DNA of 64,000 bases from Escherichia coli (GCF_003334765.1 NZ_QOWT01000017.1); one strand, 5' to 3'. Shown: positions 10,469 through 22,749, counted from the first letter of the stretch. Made by a program: numbers and translations. Notes: generated by a model from the sequence alone, not told the origin.

Positions 10469-12631
10469 TTACACCGACTCCAGCCGGGCGTATGCCGCCA
10501 CCAGCCATTTAATACCCTGGCCCTGAAATGCCACCTGCAAACGGCTATGCTCACCGCTGCCTTCCATATTGACAATGGTGCCTTCACCAAACTTAGCGTG
10601 GCGTACGCGCTGGCCGAGCTTGTAGCCGCTGTCGTTCTCGACCATCGGCGTACCCATCCGCTGATGGCTGACCGGGCGGCTTACCGTGGCGCGCAGGCGC
10701 ACCTCTTCCACACACTCTTCCGGCAGCTCGCCGATAAAGCGCGACGGGCGATGGTAAACCTCTTTACCATACAGACGGCGGGTTTCCGCGTAGGTCAGCG
10801 TCAGTTTCTGCATCGCGCGGGTTACGCCAACGTAGGCCAGACGGCGTTCTTCTTCCAGACGCCCGCCTTCATCCAGCGACATCTGGCTTGGGAACATGCC
10901 CTCTTCCATACCAACGATAAACACCTGCGGGAACTCCAGGCCTTTCGCCGAGTGTAGCGTCATCAACTGCACCGCATCCTGCCAGGTATCCGCCTGCCCT
11001 TCACCTGCTTCCAGTGCCGCATGGGAGAGGAACGCCTGCAGCGGCATTAAATCTTCGTCTTCTTCGTTGTAGCTGAACTGGCGCGTTGCCGTCACCAGTT
11101 CCTCTAAGTTTTCGATACGCGTCTGACCTTTTTCGCCCTTCTCCTGCTCATACATGGTACGCAGGCCGGAGTCTTTAATTACCCGGTCAGTCTGTACATG
11201 CAGCGGCATATCGGCAGTTTCCTGCGCTAAGGCGTCGATTAATTCCATAAATCGCTGCAAGGCGCTGGCAGCTCGCCCGGCGAGGGCTTTTTCCTGCAAC
11301 AGCTCACGACATGCCTGCCAGAGTGTTAACTGGCGATCGCGCGATGTCTGACGTACCACGTCCAGCGTCCGGTCACCAATACCCCGCGTTGGCGTATTCA
11401 CCACACGCTCAAAGGCCGCGTCGTCGTTGCGGTTGGCAATCAGGCGCAGATACGAGAGCGCATCTTTGATTTCCTGGCGTTCGAAGAAGCGCATCCCGCC
11501 GTAAATACGGTACGGCATACTGGCCTGCAATAACGCCTCTTCGAGCACCCGCGACTGGGCGTTGCTGCGGTAGAGAATGGCGCACTCGGCAAGCGCTCCG
11601 CCGTTGTCCTGCCAGGTTTTGATGCGGTTAACCACAAAACGCGCTTCATCGAGTTCGTTAAAAGCGCAATAGAGGGAAATAGGCTCACCGTCCGCGCCAT
11701 CGGTCCACAGTTTTTTACCCAGACGCCCGTTATTGTTTTCAATCAGGGCGTTAGCGGCGCTCAGAATATTGCTGGTAGAGCGGTAGTTTTGCTCCAGACG
11801 AATAGTTTCGGCACCGGGGAAATCATTAAGGAAACGCTGAATATTCTCCACCTGCGCCCCGCGCCAGCCGTAGATTGACTGGTCGTCATCACCGACGATC
11901 ATCACTTTGCCGGTGTCGCCCGCCAGCAGGCGGATCCACGCGTACTGAATGTTGTTGGTATCCTGGAATTCGTCCACCAGGATATTGGTAAAACGTTCGC
12001 GGTAGTGTTGCAGGATATGCGGCTTGTTAAGCCACAACTCGTGAGCGCGCAGCAGCAGCTCGGCGAAGTCCACCAGGCCCGCGCGGTCACACGCTTCCTG
12101 ATACGCCTGATACACCTTCTGCCAGGTCTGCTCCACCGGATTACCGTAGCTTTGAATATGATGCGGACGCAGGCCTTCATCTTTCTGGCTGTTGATGTAC
12201 CACATTGCCTGCCGCGGCGGCCACTGCTTCTCGTCGAGGTTCATGGCTTTGATCAGACGCTTAAGCAGGCGTAGCTGGTCTTCACTGTCGAGGATCTGGA
12301 AATCCTGCGGCAGATTGGCGTCCATATGGTGCGCACGCAGCAAACGGTGCGCCAGCCCGTGGAAGGTGCCGACCCACATACCGCCCTGGCTCGTGCCCAT
12401 CAGTTGCCCGATACGATGACGCATCTCCGCCGCCGCTTTGTTGGTAAACGTCACCGCCATAATCGAGTATGGCGAGCAGTTTTCCACGCTCATCAACCAG
12501 GCGATACGATGCACCAGTACGCGCGTCTTACCACTGCCCGCGCCCGCCAGCACCAGAAGGTTGCTGCGTGGCGCGGCCACCGCTTCGCGCTGTTTGTCAT
12601 TAAGGCTGTCGAGCAGGTAAGAAACGTCCAT
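10469..12631 (-). CDS. uvrD: DNA helicase II UvrD
   Basis: 720 aa from ATG (complement 12629-12631) MDVSYLLDSLNDKQREAV...; Walker A GAGSGKT; the 783 aa ORF in the track is an upstream in-frame extension that runs through the LexA box. Confidence 0.95.
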   Translation of the reverse strand: MDVSYLLDSLNDKQREAVAAPRSNLLVLAGAGSGKTRVLVHRIAWLMSVENCSPYSIMAVTFTNKAAAEMRHRIGQLMGTSQGGMWVGTFHGLAHRLLRAHHMDANLPQDFQILDSEDQLRLLKRLIKAMNLDEKQWPPRQAMWYINSQKDEGLRPHHIQSYGNPVEQTWQKVYQAYQEACDRAGLVDFAELLLRAHELWLNKPHILQHYRERFTNILVDEFQDTNNIQYAWIRLLAGDTGKVMIVGDDDQSIYGWRGAQVENIQRFLNDFPGAETIRLEQNYRSTSNILSAANALIENNNGRLGKKLWTDGADGEPISLYCAFNELDEARFVVNRIKTWQDNGGALAECAILYRSNAQSRVLEEALLQASMPYRIYGGMRFFERQEIKDALSYLRLIANRNDDAAFERVVNTPTRGIGDRTLDVVRQTSRDRQLTLWQACRELLQEKALAGRAASALQRFMELIDALAQETADMPLHVQTDRVIKDSGLRTMYEQEKGEKGQTRIENLEELVTATRQFSYNEEDEDLMPLQAFLSHAALEAGEGQADTWQDAVQLMTLHSAKGLEFPQVFIVGMEEGMFPSQMSLDEGGRLEEERRLAYVGVTRAMQKLTLTYAETRRLYGKEVYHRPSRFIGELPEECVEEVRLRATVSRPVSHQRMGTPMVENDSGYKLGQRVRHAKFGEGTIVNMEGSGEHSRLQVAFQGQGIKWLVAAYARLESV

Positions 12632-12679
12632 TGGCACCGCCGCGTAAAAATAGGTTGGGCGGAGAAGCGCAACGCCCTC

Positions 12680-12695
12680 CGCCAAAAAGCTGGGT
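12680..12695 (-). promoter_or_regulatory. LexA operator (SOS box) in the uvrD promoter
   Basis: Reverse complement reads CTGTATATATACCCAG, matching the CTGT-N8-ACAG SOS box; about 50 bp upstream of the uvrD start. Confidence 0.85.
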
Positions 12696-12714
12696 ATATA
12701 TACAGATTTGCTGA

Positions 12715-13431
12715 TTATATCAGCGAGGTCAGAGATGCCAACCGGGAAATTTCCAGATGCGGCAGTAAACGGCTGTCCCAGGTTTGCATCAGATCGCCAT
12801 TTTCCGGTCTGATCCAACAAGCCTGCATTCCGCTGCGAATTGCCCCACCCACGTCAGTGGTGAGATCGTCCCCAACATGTAAGATCTCGCCGATCGGCAC
12901 GTTGAGTTTTTCCGCAGCCAAAAAGTACATATCGCTGAACGGTTTTGAGCGCCCGTGCGGGCCAGCGCGCAGCACAAACTCAAAATAATCCCCCAAACCA
13001 AACAGCTCCGGCTGGGCGTTACCGTTGGTGATCGCCACCAGCGGCCATTTCTTCGCCAGCTGTTTTAAGGTGTCGTGAGTTTGCTGCGGGACGTCGATTC
13101 GGCTGCGCCATTTGGCAAAGTTGATCATTGCTGCGTGTGCGCCTGCACTGGCTTCTTCGGCACTCAGCCCGGCGTCGAGCATCGCTTGTTCAATCGAACG
13201 AAAACGCCAGCGCGTCACGTCGTGATAAATCTCGGGTTCCGCTTCCCGTACCGCCTGGCGCAGGCGTTGCAGATCTTCATTCTGGAAGCTGCGCAGCGCC
13301 GGATGATAATTTTGCACAAAGGTAAGCGCCTCTCGCTCGGTGCGCAAAATCACCGGACGGTTATCGTAAAGGGTATCATCCAGGTCAAAGGTGAGCGCCG
13401 AGATGCGCCCCAAAGGCCGGTAAAAACGCAT
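12715..13431 (-). CDS. yigB: HAD-family phosphatase YigB
   Basis: 238 aa with DxDDTLYDN HAD motif I near the N-terminus. Confidence 0.9.
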
Positions 13432-14327
13432 TATTTCCCCCGTTTGGCGCGTGGATGCGCCGCATCGTACACCGAGGCAAGGTGTTGAAAATCAAGATGA
13501 GTATAGATTTGCGTGGTGGAGAGGTTGGCATGACCCAGCAGCTCCTGCACACCACGAAGATCGCCGCTCGACTCCAGCATATGCGTGGCGAACGAGTGAC
13601 GTAATTTATGCGGATGAACGTGATTATTCAGCCCTTGTTTTATGCCCCATTCGGCAAAGCGTTTCTGCACATTACGCGCGGAGATACGCTTGCCCAGTTT
13701 CGACAGAAAAAGCGCGTCGTCTTCGCTACCAAACAGGTCGCGCAAATCAAGCCAGTGCTCAATCCACGCCACAGCGTTGCGACCAATCGGCAGGCGGCGC
13801 TCTTTGCTGCCTTTCCCCATAACCCACACTTCACCAGACTCCAGGTCGAGGTGTTTAATATCCAGCCCCACCAGCTCAGAAAGACGCAGACCCGCGCCGT
13901 ACATCACTTCCAGCATTGCACGGTCGCGTACAGCGAGGGGATCATTGATATCAATATCCAGCAGCCGATTCATATCGTCGACGTCGATGTTTTTCGGCAG
14001 ATGACGCGGCGCTTTCGGTGCCGAAACACCTTTCGCCGGGTTAGCTTTGAGTTCGTTCTGGCTGACCAGCCAGTCAAAAAAGCTACGTAGCGCAGAAAGC
14101 CGTAACGCCAGACTTGCTGCTCCCAGCCCTTTACGGCGACTGCGTACAGCAAAATTGCGCACCATCGTCACATCACATTGCTGCCAGCTTTGCAGGCCGT
14201 TTTCGCTGGCAAAATTGATGATCGCCTCAAGCTGACGCTGGTAGTTAAGCAGGGTTATCGGGCTAAGCTGGCGCTCCACGCTCAGATAACGTAGGTAGCG
14301 TTCTACATCGGTGTGTAAATCGGTCAT
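13431..14327 (-). CDS. xerC: Tyrosine site-specific recombinase XerC (chromosome dimer resolution)
   Basis: 298 aa; catalytic R...HxxR...Y tyrosine recombinase layout ([36 protein letters not shown]); inside the dapF-yigA-xerC-yigB operon. Confidence 0.95.
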
Positions 14328-15031
14328 ACGCGTTCAATCCAACGCTCCAGAAGCTCCGGCAACATCAGCGCAATTTCATGAAGTAACTGCGTTCCTTGCC
14401 CTTGTTGATAGTGACTGGCATCGCGACTGGTAAACAGCACGACACCCAAATCAGCATCGCTTCCCAGCATCGACATCGCCACCGATCCCACCGCTTTCGC
14501 TTCCGGTAGCACCACCAGCAGCTCTGGTCCGTTAAGCGGCCCAAGATAGTGCTGTTCCTGCCCCAAACGCTGAATACGCAGCGGTTCGAAAGACTGACGG
14601 CTTAATGCCAGATGAGTGTGGTTCGACGGCGCACCTAAGCGCCAGCGATCCGGAAACAGGCGCAGACTCGCACCTGCCAGGCCGAGATCGCGCGCCCAGC
14701 GGTGAAAGCGCATCAGCATATCGTCGAGACTGCTGGCGGCGGTGAGACTGCGCTGCAGGTAGAGTAGGCGATAAAACAGGCCTTCGTTGGCGATAGCCTG
14801 TTCCATCAACAGCGCCATGTTCTCTTCCAGAACATGAATATGATTACGTGCGCGGGCCATGTGCCACTCGACCAACGAAACGGTGCCGCGTACCGGATGC
14901 GGCACACGTATCGCTTCTACTGCGCGCGCATTACGGATAAAAAACTCAGGATTTTTAATCAGATAATCGACAACCGCCCGGTCATCAAGCTCCGTGAGTG
15001 TTTCCTGCAGTTCTTCCCCTGGTTGCTTCAT
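14324..15031 (-). CDS. yigA: DUF484-family protein of unknown function
   Basis: 235 aa; start overlaps dapF stop and stop overlaps xerC start (4-nt overlaps). Confidence 0.85.
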
Positions 15032-15852
15032 AGATGAATAAATCCGTCGTAGACATGTACCGCCGGGCCAGTCATATATAACGGGTGACCCGGACCTTTC
15101 CAGGCGATATCAAGACGACCGCCGGGGAGTTCCACGCGTACTTCTTCGGCCAGCAAACCTTGCTGAATCCCTACTGCAACCGCCGCACACGCGCCGCTGC
15201 CGCAGGCCTGGGTTTCTCCTGCCCCACGCTCATAAACGCGTAAACGAATATGCTCGCGCTTAACCACTTGCATAAAACCGATATTGGCGCGCTCCGGAAA
15301 ACGCTCGTGGCTTTCCAGAACAGGACCAAGCGTTTCTACCGCCGCGGTATCGACATCATCGACCTGAATCACGCAATGCGGATTTCCCATCGACACCACG
15401 CCGCATAAGATTGTCTGCTCGGCGGCGCGCATAATATAGGTCTTTTCCGCTTTGTTAGCGCGAAACGGCACGGCGGAAGGTTCGAAGTTGGGTTCGCCCA
15501 TATTTACGCGGACCAGATCATCATCGGTGACGGTCAGAACCATCCGCCCGTTGGCGGTGCTGACGCGGATATCACGCTTATTGGTCAGTCCTTTCAGACG
15601 CACAAAACGGGCAAAGCAGCGCGCACCGTTGCCGCACTGCGCCACTTCACTGCCATCAGCATTGAAAATGCGATAGTGAAAATCCAGTTCAGGATCATAC
15701 GGCGGCTCAACCACCAGCAGTTGGTCAAACCCTACCCCCAGGTGCCGATCAGCCAGGCGACGAATCAGCTCCGGTGAAAAAAAGACATTCTGCGTTACCG
15801 CGTCGACGACCATAAAATCGTTGCCAAGGCCATGCATTTTCGAGAACTGCAT
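15028..15852 (-). CDS. dapF: Diaminopimelate epimerase
   Basis: 274 aa from second Met ([17 protein letters not shown]...); catalytic Cys motifs GNGARC and CGSGACA. Confidence 0.95.
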
Positions 15853-15888
15853 CATTTACTCCAATCACGCGGGTACAGAAACTGACTT

Positions 15889-16092
15889 TTAGTAATTCAC
15901 CTGGGATGGACCATCGCCAGTGGCGCGATCGTTTTTATCCGGCACCGTGGATTGCGTTTGCGTCTCTACCGGTTTGGTCGGCGGCGGTGCGTTTTTATCT
16001 GCAGGCGGGAAATAGAGCGGACCTTTCAGACCGCAGCCCGTCAGGCTGAAGAGAGTAAGTAATACAGTGAGTGCCTTAAACACGTTTTTCAT
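15889..16092 (-). CDS. yifL: Small lipoprotein
   Basis: 67 aa; signal peptide with lipobox LTGC. Confidence 0.8.
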   Translation of the reverse strand: MKNVFKALTVLLTLFSLTGCGLKGPLYFPPADKNAPPPTKPVETQTQSTVPDKNDRATGDGPSQVNY

Positions 16093-16554
16093 TATGGATT
16101 GCCTGTAAAGTTCATCGCTTTCTGCTTTCTATCATCGCAGGAGAAGACGTAAAAGCAAGCGTTTAGCGACTCTTTATGAAGTCTGAAAAGTGAGGAAATG
16201 CTGCGAGTATAACGCTTACTCGTGGGGATTTATGTTTTGCTGGTAGTTTCGTGATCGGCACCTCGCGCCAGGATGGCTTTATGCACTATCGCAATGTGGT
16301 TTGTTTGTTGTCTTTTTTAGTTCCGTCAGCGTGAGGATGCTCGCTCGGTAAACCTGATCATAATGTTTACCAGAAACAGGGAAAGACGTGGTGTAACTGC
16401 GCCCTAATGAAGAGACAAATCTTTCGCTACACAGAGACATCATTATTCCGGTGACGGATGAATCGTGCCGGAACGCAGCCGCAGAGGTGCAAACTTTGAA
16501 GCCCTGACCCCATGCCGCTATACTGCCGCCATCACTTAAAAACAGGATACAACA

Positions 16555-16875
16555 ATGAACGACAGTGAATTTCATCGCCTGGCTGATCAACTCTGGCTGA
16601 CCATTGAAGAACGCCTGGACGACTGGGATGGCGACAGCGATATCGACTGCGAAATCAACGGCGGCGTACTGACCATTACCTTTGAGAATGGCAGCAAAAT
16701 CATTATCAACCGCCAGGAGCCGCTGCACCAGGTATGGCTGGCAACCAAACAGGGCGGCTACCATTTTGACCTGAAAGGCGATGAGTGGATTTGTGATCGC
16801 AGCGGCGAAACCTTCTGGGATTTGCTGGAACAGGCGGCGACGCAGCAGGCGGGTGAAACAGTCAGTTTCCGCTAA
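16555..16875 (+). CDS. cyaY: Frataxin homolog CyaY (iron-sulfur cluster assembly)
   Basis: 106 aa [33 protein letters not shown]; acidic ridge typical of frataxin. Confidence 0.93.
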
Positions 16876-16914
16876 GATTGCATGCCGGATAAGCCTCGCT
16901 TTCCGGCACGTTCA

Positions 16915-19461
16915 TCACGAAAAATATTGCTGTAATAGCGGCGTATCGTGATCCTGATTGGCAGGCGGCATGTTACCGATAGATTTTGTGCGGAACGGAA
17001 TCACCTGTTCACGACCATCAACCTTCACAATCTGATAGAACTGCGGCAGGTTGAAGTTGATGAAGCTTGAGCCGTAGGTAAAACGGTCATGCGATGACGA
17101 GTAGAAGCGACTGACGTCACGTACCAGCTCCTCTTTGCTGCCTTCGCAGTGGTGATATACCTCAACCCGGTTGCTTTCGTCGAGAATGTAGATATTAAAG
17201 CCATTCTCGTCTTGCGTTTCTTCGAAAAAGAACTGGATGATCCCTTCGCTGGCAAAGCCGTCCACCACCGCCGGTAATTTGACGTGATTGGTTTCAACCT
17301 GCACTGACAGGCCGTGCAGTTTGTTATGCGAAATCGCGCCATAAAACTCGATGGCGTTTTCCAGTTTCTGTACCGATACATTCAGGCGTTCGAAGAACAA
17401 CCCCCAGGTTTGACCAGAAACGCGCAGCGCCTTGAAACGCCCGGTTTCCTGGCGGGTGCTGGAAAGACGCAATTCAATACACTCAGAAACCAGTTGCTGC
17501 ACGCGAGTACGAATTAAGCCGCGCAGATGCTGGCTATAACAGAAGACTTCCACGCTATCTGGCGGTGCGGCGTCCTGATGCATTTTGCCGAGAATAGTTT
17601 TCAGGGCTTCGATCATCGATTGCTCGCCGTTGAAGTGCAGCGTACGCACTTCGTTCCACGAGTTGCGGTACAGCAGGTCAACGCTACCTACCAGGCAATT
17701 TTGATTCTCGCCAAAGCTGAAGACATCCAGCTTACGGAAATCGAAATGCACCACCTGATTGCGGAACGCCGCTGTCGGGTCATATTCCAGGTTAACGATA
17801 ATCGCCAGATGGCGGATCTCACACGGGCTGTAGAGCGCCTTCGGTGTCGGTGCAGGTAAGCGCAGCGGGAAATGGTGCGACACGTCGGCGACCATCTCCT
17901 GCAACTTAGGCAAATCGACAATGCCGTTACCTTTAATATACAAACGGGTGCGCGAGGTCAGCAGGCCGTTAAACCATGCCCACGCCACCAGTTTATTCAG
18001 GTAACGGTTATATTCCAGCGGCTGATGGCTGATGATCGACTCAATATTTGGCGCGCGGTTATACAGATACCAACCTGAACGGTTAGCCCGGCCCGGCGGC
18101 ACATAAATAAAGGTCAGATTCGGTTCCGAGAGATCGGGTGAAATCTGCGGGTTTACCAGCGTCACTTTACCTGGTAATGCTTCAAACGCGGCATACAGCT
18201 TACGCGTCAGCACGCCGATATCCTGCGGACTGGCGGAGACGCTAAGGTTATTGCGACGCGCAAAGCGGATCAGATTACGGTAGCTCTGCATCATCGCGTC
18301 GAGCAACTCGTTGTGCGCCTCACGCACCTGATCAATCTTCCAGTTAGCGCGGTTATCGAGCATTGCCAGACGAGCTTCGTCCCAACCCCACTCGCTCACT
18401 AACTGGCTCAACACTGCGCGACGCCAGCCTACGCAGGCGCGTTCACGGCTGAGCTTTTCGCACACTTTTAAATAGAAGCAGCGACGTACTAAATCCAGAC
18501 GGGTAAAATCTTCAATCGCCGTCAGGTATTCAGTAACACGCTCCAGCATCATGCAGTATGGATCGAGACCAAACGATACAATCTCGCCGTCGTGCAAACG
18601 CTGTTTGATATCTTTCGCCAGCAGACGTGGGTTCGGGTATTCCCAGGAATAGGCTTCCAGCAGCAGTGTTTTCAGTACCGCTTTGTATGGGGAATCGATA
18701 CTCTTGTAGAGCTGCCAAAGGCTGGCACCAAAGTACTCTTCAGCAGAAAGCGAGCTTAAGCCACCGAGATCCAGCCATTCATTTGGCGTCAGCACGCCCT
18801 GCGCGTAAAGCGTCATCACATAGTCGTCGTAATGCTCTTCTTCGTCGCACGGCACCATATTCCACAGAATACGCTTACCGGCGAGACGCACGGCGGTACG
18901 ATAAAATTCGTCAAGCAGCAGTATATGCTGGGTGGAGCCACAATCTTCGCCCCCCAGGCTGCCGCTTTCATTATGACGGAAGCGGTTTTCATCAATCAGG
19001 AAGAAGCTGACTTCCACACCCAGCGAGGCGGCCCAGTTTTCCAGCAGGCTACATTTACGTTGTAGCAATTGGCGCTCTTCGCTATCGAGCCAGGATTGAT
19101 GACAGACCCAGATATCCAGGTCAGAGGAACAACTTTGCCCTACGGACGAGGTGCTGCCCATGGTGTATACACCAGTAATTGGAAGCTCACCTTTCGGCGG
19201 ATCCTGTACTGACATTCCACGATACAGTTCAAGCTCGTTCAGGTAGTGGCGTTGAGTTTCATCAGGCGTGTAAAGGCAAATGCCTTTGGGAACGTTACCA
19301 TCAAGGTAACCCGGCATTAGCGGATGGTGATAGTGCAACAATGTCGGCAGTAGACTGTAGACCTGTTGGAATGCAGGCCCCATAGCAGCAAGCGCGCGAT
19401 CCACACGCAATTGATTTATGGCATCCAGTCTCTGTTTCAGAGTCTCAATATAGAGGTACAA
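16915..19461 (-). CDS. cyaA: Adenylate cyclase (class I)
   Basis: 848 aa; start codon is TTG (complement of caa at 19459-19461), which is the known unusual start of enterobacterial cyaA. Confidence 0.95.
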   Translation of the reverse strand: MYLYIETLKQRLDAINQLRVDRALAAMGPAFQQVYSLLPTLLHYHHPLMPGYLDGNVPKGICLYTPDETQRHYLNELELYRGMSVQDPPKGELPITGVYTMGSTSSVGQSCSSDLDIWVCHQSWLDSEERQLLQRKCSLLENWAASLGVEVSFFLIDENRFRHNESGSLGGEDCGSTQHILLLDEFYRTAVRLAGKRILWNMVPCDEEEHYDDYVMTLYAQGVLTPNEWLDLGGLSSLSAEEYFGASLWQLYKSIDSPYKAVLKTLLLEAYSWEYPNPRLLAKDIKQRLHDGEIVSFGLDPYCMMLERVTEYLTAIEDFTRLDLVRRCFYLKVCEKLSRERACVGWRRAVLSQLVSEWGWDEARLAMLDNRANWKIDQVREAHNELLDAMMQSYRNLIRFARRNNLSVSASPQDIGVLTRKLYAAFEALPGKVTLVNPQISPDLSEPNLTFIYVPPGRANRSGWYLYNRAPNIESIISHQPLEYNRYLNKLVAWAWFNGLLTSRTRLYIKGNGIVDLPKLQEMVADVSHHFPLRLPAPTPKALYSPCEIRHLAIIVNLEYDPTAAFRNQVVHFDFRKLDVFSFGENQNCLVGSVDLLYRNSWNEVRTLHFNGEQSMIEALKTILGKMHQDAAPPDSVEVFCYSQHLRGLIRTRVQQLVSECIELRLSSTRQETGRFKALRVSGQTWGLFFERLNVSVQKLENAIEFYGAISHNKLHGLSVQVETNHVKLPAVVDGFASEGIIQFFFEETQDENGFNIYILDESNRVEVYHHCEGSKEELVRDVSRFYSSSHDRFTYGSSFINFNLPQFYQIVKVDGREQVIPFRTKSIGNMPPANQDHDTPLLQQYFS

Positions 19462-19847
19462 GACGTATCGCCTGATTTGCTACCCGTCATGACTGTGATT
19501 CCGCCAACATCAACGGTAACACGCGGCATTCGGGATATTTCGTATGTCAAAGGTAACCGTTACCACTTTTCGCGCCTGGTTTTTTTAGTTTCACGACGAA
19601 AAAATGGTCTAAAACGTGATCAATTTAACACCTTGCTGATTGACCGTAAAGAAAGATGCGCTACATACAAGTGTAGCACCGTTTATTCTCTGTAAATTCC
19701 TTATTACAACGGCGTGAAACGCCTGTCAGGATCCACTGCCAGACCTCATTTTACGGTTTGCGCAGGCGTCTACGTTTCACCACAACACTGACATCACTCT
19801 GGCAAGGATGTTAGGATGGACCACGGATGATAATGACGGTAACAAGC

Positions 19848-20789
19848 ATGTTAGACAATGTTTTAAGAATTGCCACACGCCAAAGCCCACTTGCACTCTG
19901 GCAGGCACACTATGTCAAAGACAAGTTGATGGCGAGCCATCCGGGCCTGGTCGTTGAACTGGTACCGATGGTGACGCGCGGCGATGTGATTCTTGATACG
20001 CCGCTGGCGAAAGTAGGCGGAAAAGGCTTATTTGTAAAAGAGCTGGAAGTCGCGCTCCTCGAAAATCGCGCCGATATCGCCGTACACTCAATGAAAGATG
20101 TGCCGGTTGAATTCCCGCAAGGTCTGGGACTGGTCACTATTTGTGAGCGTGAAGATCCTCGCGATGCCTTTGTGTCCAATAACTATGACAGTCTGGATGC
20201 GTTACCGGCAGGCAGTATCGTCGGGACGTCCAGTTTACGTCGCCAGTGCCAACTGGCTGAACGCCGTCCGGATCTGATTATCCGCTCCCTGCGCGGCAAC
20301 GTCGGCACTCGCCTGAGCAAACTGGATAACGGCGAATACGATGCCATCATTCTTGCCGTAGCCGGACTAAAACGTTTAGGTCTGGAGTCACGTATTCGCG
20401 CCGCGTTGCCACCCGAGATTTCTCTTCCGGCGGTAGGACAAGGTGCGGTGGGTATTGAATGCCGCCTTGATGATTCACGCACTCGCGAGCTGCTTGCCGC
20501 GCTGAATCACCACGAAACTGCACTGCGCGTTACCGCAGAACGCGCCATGAATACCCGTCTCGAAGGCGGATGTCAGGTGCCAATTGGTAGCTACGCCGAG
20601 CTTATTGATGGCGAAATCTGGCTGCGTGCGCTGGTCGGCGCGCCGGACGGTTCGCAGATTATTCGCGGTGAACGCCGCGGTGCGCCGCAAGATGCCGAAC
20701 AAATGGGGATTTCGCTGGCAGAAGAGCTACTGAATAACGGCGCGCGCGAGATCCTCGCTGAAGTCTATAACGGAGACGCCCCGGCATGA
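19848..20789 (+). CDS. hemC: Porphobilinogen deaminase (hydroxymethylbilane synthase)
   Basis: 313 aa from ATG 19848 ([20 protein letters not shown]...); ORF track starts 7 codons upstream. Confidence 0.95.
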
Positions 20790-21526
20790 GTATCCTTGTC
20801 ACCCGCCCGTCTCCCGCTGGAGAAGAGTTAGTGAGCCGTCTGCGCACACTGGGGCAGGTGGCCTGGCATTTTCCGCTGATTGAGTTTTCTCCGGGTCAAC
20901 AATTACCGCAACTTGCTGATCAACTGGCAGCGCTGGGGGAGAGCGATCTGTTGTTTGCCCTCTCGCAACACGCGGTTGCTTTTGCCCAATCACAGCTGCA
21001 TCAGCAAGATCGTAAATGGCCCCGACTACCTGATTATTTCGCCATTGGACGCACCACCGCACTGGCACTACATACCGTAAGCGGACAGAAGATTCTCTAC
21101 CCGCAGGATCGGGAAATCAGCGAAGTCTTGCTACAATTACCTGAATTACAAAATATTGCGGGCAAACGTGCGCTGATATTACGTGGCAATGGTGGTCGTG
21201 AGCTAATTGGGGATACCCTGACGGCGCGCGGTGCTGAGGTCACTTTTTGTGAATGTTATCAACGATGCGCAATCCATTACGATGGTGCAGAAGAAGCGAT
21301 GCGCTGGCAAGCCCGCGAGGTGACGATGGTCGTTGTTACCAGCGGTGAAATGTTGCAGCAACTCTGGTCGCTGATCCCACAATGGTATCGTGAGCACTGG
21401 TTACTACACTGTCGACTATTGGTCGTCAGTGAGCGTTTGGCGAAACTCGCCCGGGAACTGGGCTGGCAAGACATTAAGGTCGCCGATAACGCTGACAACG
21501 ATGCGCTTTTACGGGCATTACAATAA
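20786..21526 (+). CDS. hemD: Uroporphyrinogen-III synthase
   Basis: 246 aa; start overlaps hemC stop (ATGA). Confidence 0.93.
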   Translation: MSILVTRPSPAGEELVSRLRTLGQVAWHFPLIEFSPGQQLPQLADQLAALGESDLLFALSQHAVAFAQSQLHQQDRKWPRLPDYFAIGRTTALALHTVSGQKILYPQDREISEVLLQLPELQNIAGKRALILRGNGGRELIGDTLTARGAEVTFCECYQRCAIHYDGAEEAMRWQAREVTMVVVTSGEMLQQLWSLIPQWYREHWLLHCRLLVVSERLAKLARELGWQDIKVADNADNDALLRALQ

Positions 21527-21547
21527 CTCTCATAACAGGAAGCCATA

Positions 21548-22747
21548 ATGACGGAACAAGAAAAAACCTCCGCCGTGGTTGAAGAGACCAGGGAGGCCGT
21601 GGACACCACGTCACAACCTGTCGCAACAGAAAAAAAGAGTAAGAACAATACCGCATTGATTCTCAGCGCGGTGGCTATCGCTATTGCTCTGGCGGCGGGC
21701 ATCGGTTTGTATGGCTGGGGTAAACAACAGGCCGTCAATCAGACCGCCACCAGCGATGCCCTGGCTAACCAACTGACGGCATTGCAAAAAGCCCAGGAGA
21801 GCCAAAAAGCCGAGCTGGAAGGCATTATTAAGCAACAAGCTGCACAACTTAAGCAGGCGAATCGTCAGCAAGAAACGCTGGCAAAACAGTTGGATGAAGT
21901 CCAACAAAAGGTCGCCACCATTTCCGGCAGCGATGCTAAAACCTGGCTGCTGGCTCAGGCCGATTTTCTGGTGAAACTCGCCGGACGGAAGCTGTGGAGC
22001 GATCAGGACGTCACGACCGCTGCAGCGTTGCTGAAAAGTGCAGACGCCAGCCTGGCGGATATGAATGACCCGAGTCTGATTACCGTTCGTCGGGCAATTA
22101 CCGATGATATCGCCAGCCTTTCTGCAGTATCGCAGGTGGATTATGACGGCATCATCCTTAAGCTTAATCAGCTTTCAAATCAGGTAGATAACCTGCGTCT
22201 GGCCGATAATGACAGCGATGGTTCGCCGATGGATTCAGACGGTGAAGAGCTTTCCAGTTCCATCAGCGAATGGCGTATCAATCTGCAAAAAAGCTGGCAG
22301 AACTTTATGGACAACTTCATTACGATTCGCCGTCGTGATGACACCGCCGTACCGCTGTTAGCGCCAAATCAGGATATCTATCTGCGCGAAAATATTCGCT
22401 CTCGCCTGCTGGTCGCAGCACAAGCTGTACCGCGTCACCAGGAAGAGACTTATCGCCAGGCGCTGGAGAACGTCTCCACCTGGGTACGTGCTTACTACGA
22501 TACTGATGATGCCACCACCAAAGCGTTCCTCGACGAGGTGGACCAGTTAAGCCAGCAAAATATCTCGATGGATCTTCCGGAAACCCTGCAAAGCCAGGCG
22601 ATGCTGGAAAAACTGATGCAGACTCGCGTGCGTAACCTGCTGGCACAACCGGCAGCGGGGACAACGGAAGCTAAACCTGCACCTGCACCTGCACCTGCAC
22701 CTGCACCGCAAGCTGATACTCCGGCAGCCGCGCCGCAAGGAGAATAA
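21548..22747 (+). CDS. hemX: HemX membrane protein (putative uroporphyrinogen-III C-methyltransferase-like)
   Basis: 399 aa; N-terminal TM segment, coiled-coil region, C-terminal Pro-Ala repeat (PA)5 encoded by (CCTGCA)5. Confidence 0.9.
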   Translation: MTEQEKTSAVVEETREAVDTTSQPVATEKKSKNNTALILSAVAIAIALAAGIGLYGWGKQQAVNQTATSDALANQLTALQKAQESQKAELEGIIKQQAAQLKQANRQQETLAKQLDEVQQKVATISGSDAKTWLLAQADFLVKLAGRKLWSDQDVTTAAALLKSADASLADMNDPSLITVRRAITDDIASLSAVSQVDYDGIILKLNQLSNQVDNLRLADNDSDGSPMDSDGEELSSSISEWRINLQKSWQNFMDNFITIRRRDDTAVPLLAPNQDIYLRENIRSRLLVAAQAVPRHQEETYRQALENVSTWVRAYYDTDDATTKAFLDEVDQLSQQNISMDLPETLQSQAMLEKLMQTRVRNLLAQPAAGTTEAKPAPAPAPAPAPQADTPAAAPQGE

Positions 22748-22749
22748 CC

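Noticed and set aside
10469-12820. N-terminally extended ORFs in the six-frame track (uvrD 783 aa, ilvC 536 aa, rho 443 aa, trxA 144 aa, rep 690 aa, ilvE 331 aa)
   Set aside because: The extensions run through known promoter/operator or leader regions (for example the uvrD LexA box and the rho leader) and start at alternative codons; the internal Met that reproduces the recalled protein N-terminus is used instead.
13431-14327. Tyrosine recombinase next to other genes as a possible integrase of a mobile element
   Set aside because: This is chromosomal XerC in its conserved dapF-yigA-xerC-yigB operon; no att-like direct repeats, no phage or IS genes, no tRNA-adjacent island.
16279-16764. 161-aa minus-strand ORF spanning the yifL-cyaY intergenic region and overlapping cyaY
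   Set aside because: Overlaps the cyaY coding sequence antisense, has no convincing RBS and no recognisable motif. Older annotations may have carried a small hypothetical ORF here, but I cannot support it from sequence.
22676-22705. Short tandem repeat considered as a possible CRISPR-like array
   Set aside because: Units are 6 bp with no spacers and lie in-frame inside hemX; it is a coding microsatellite. No CRISPR repeats or cas genes occur anywhere in the window.
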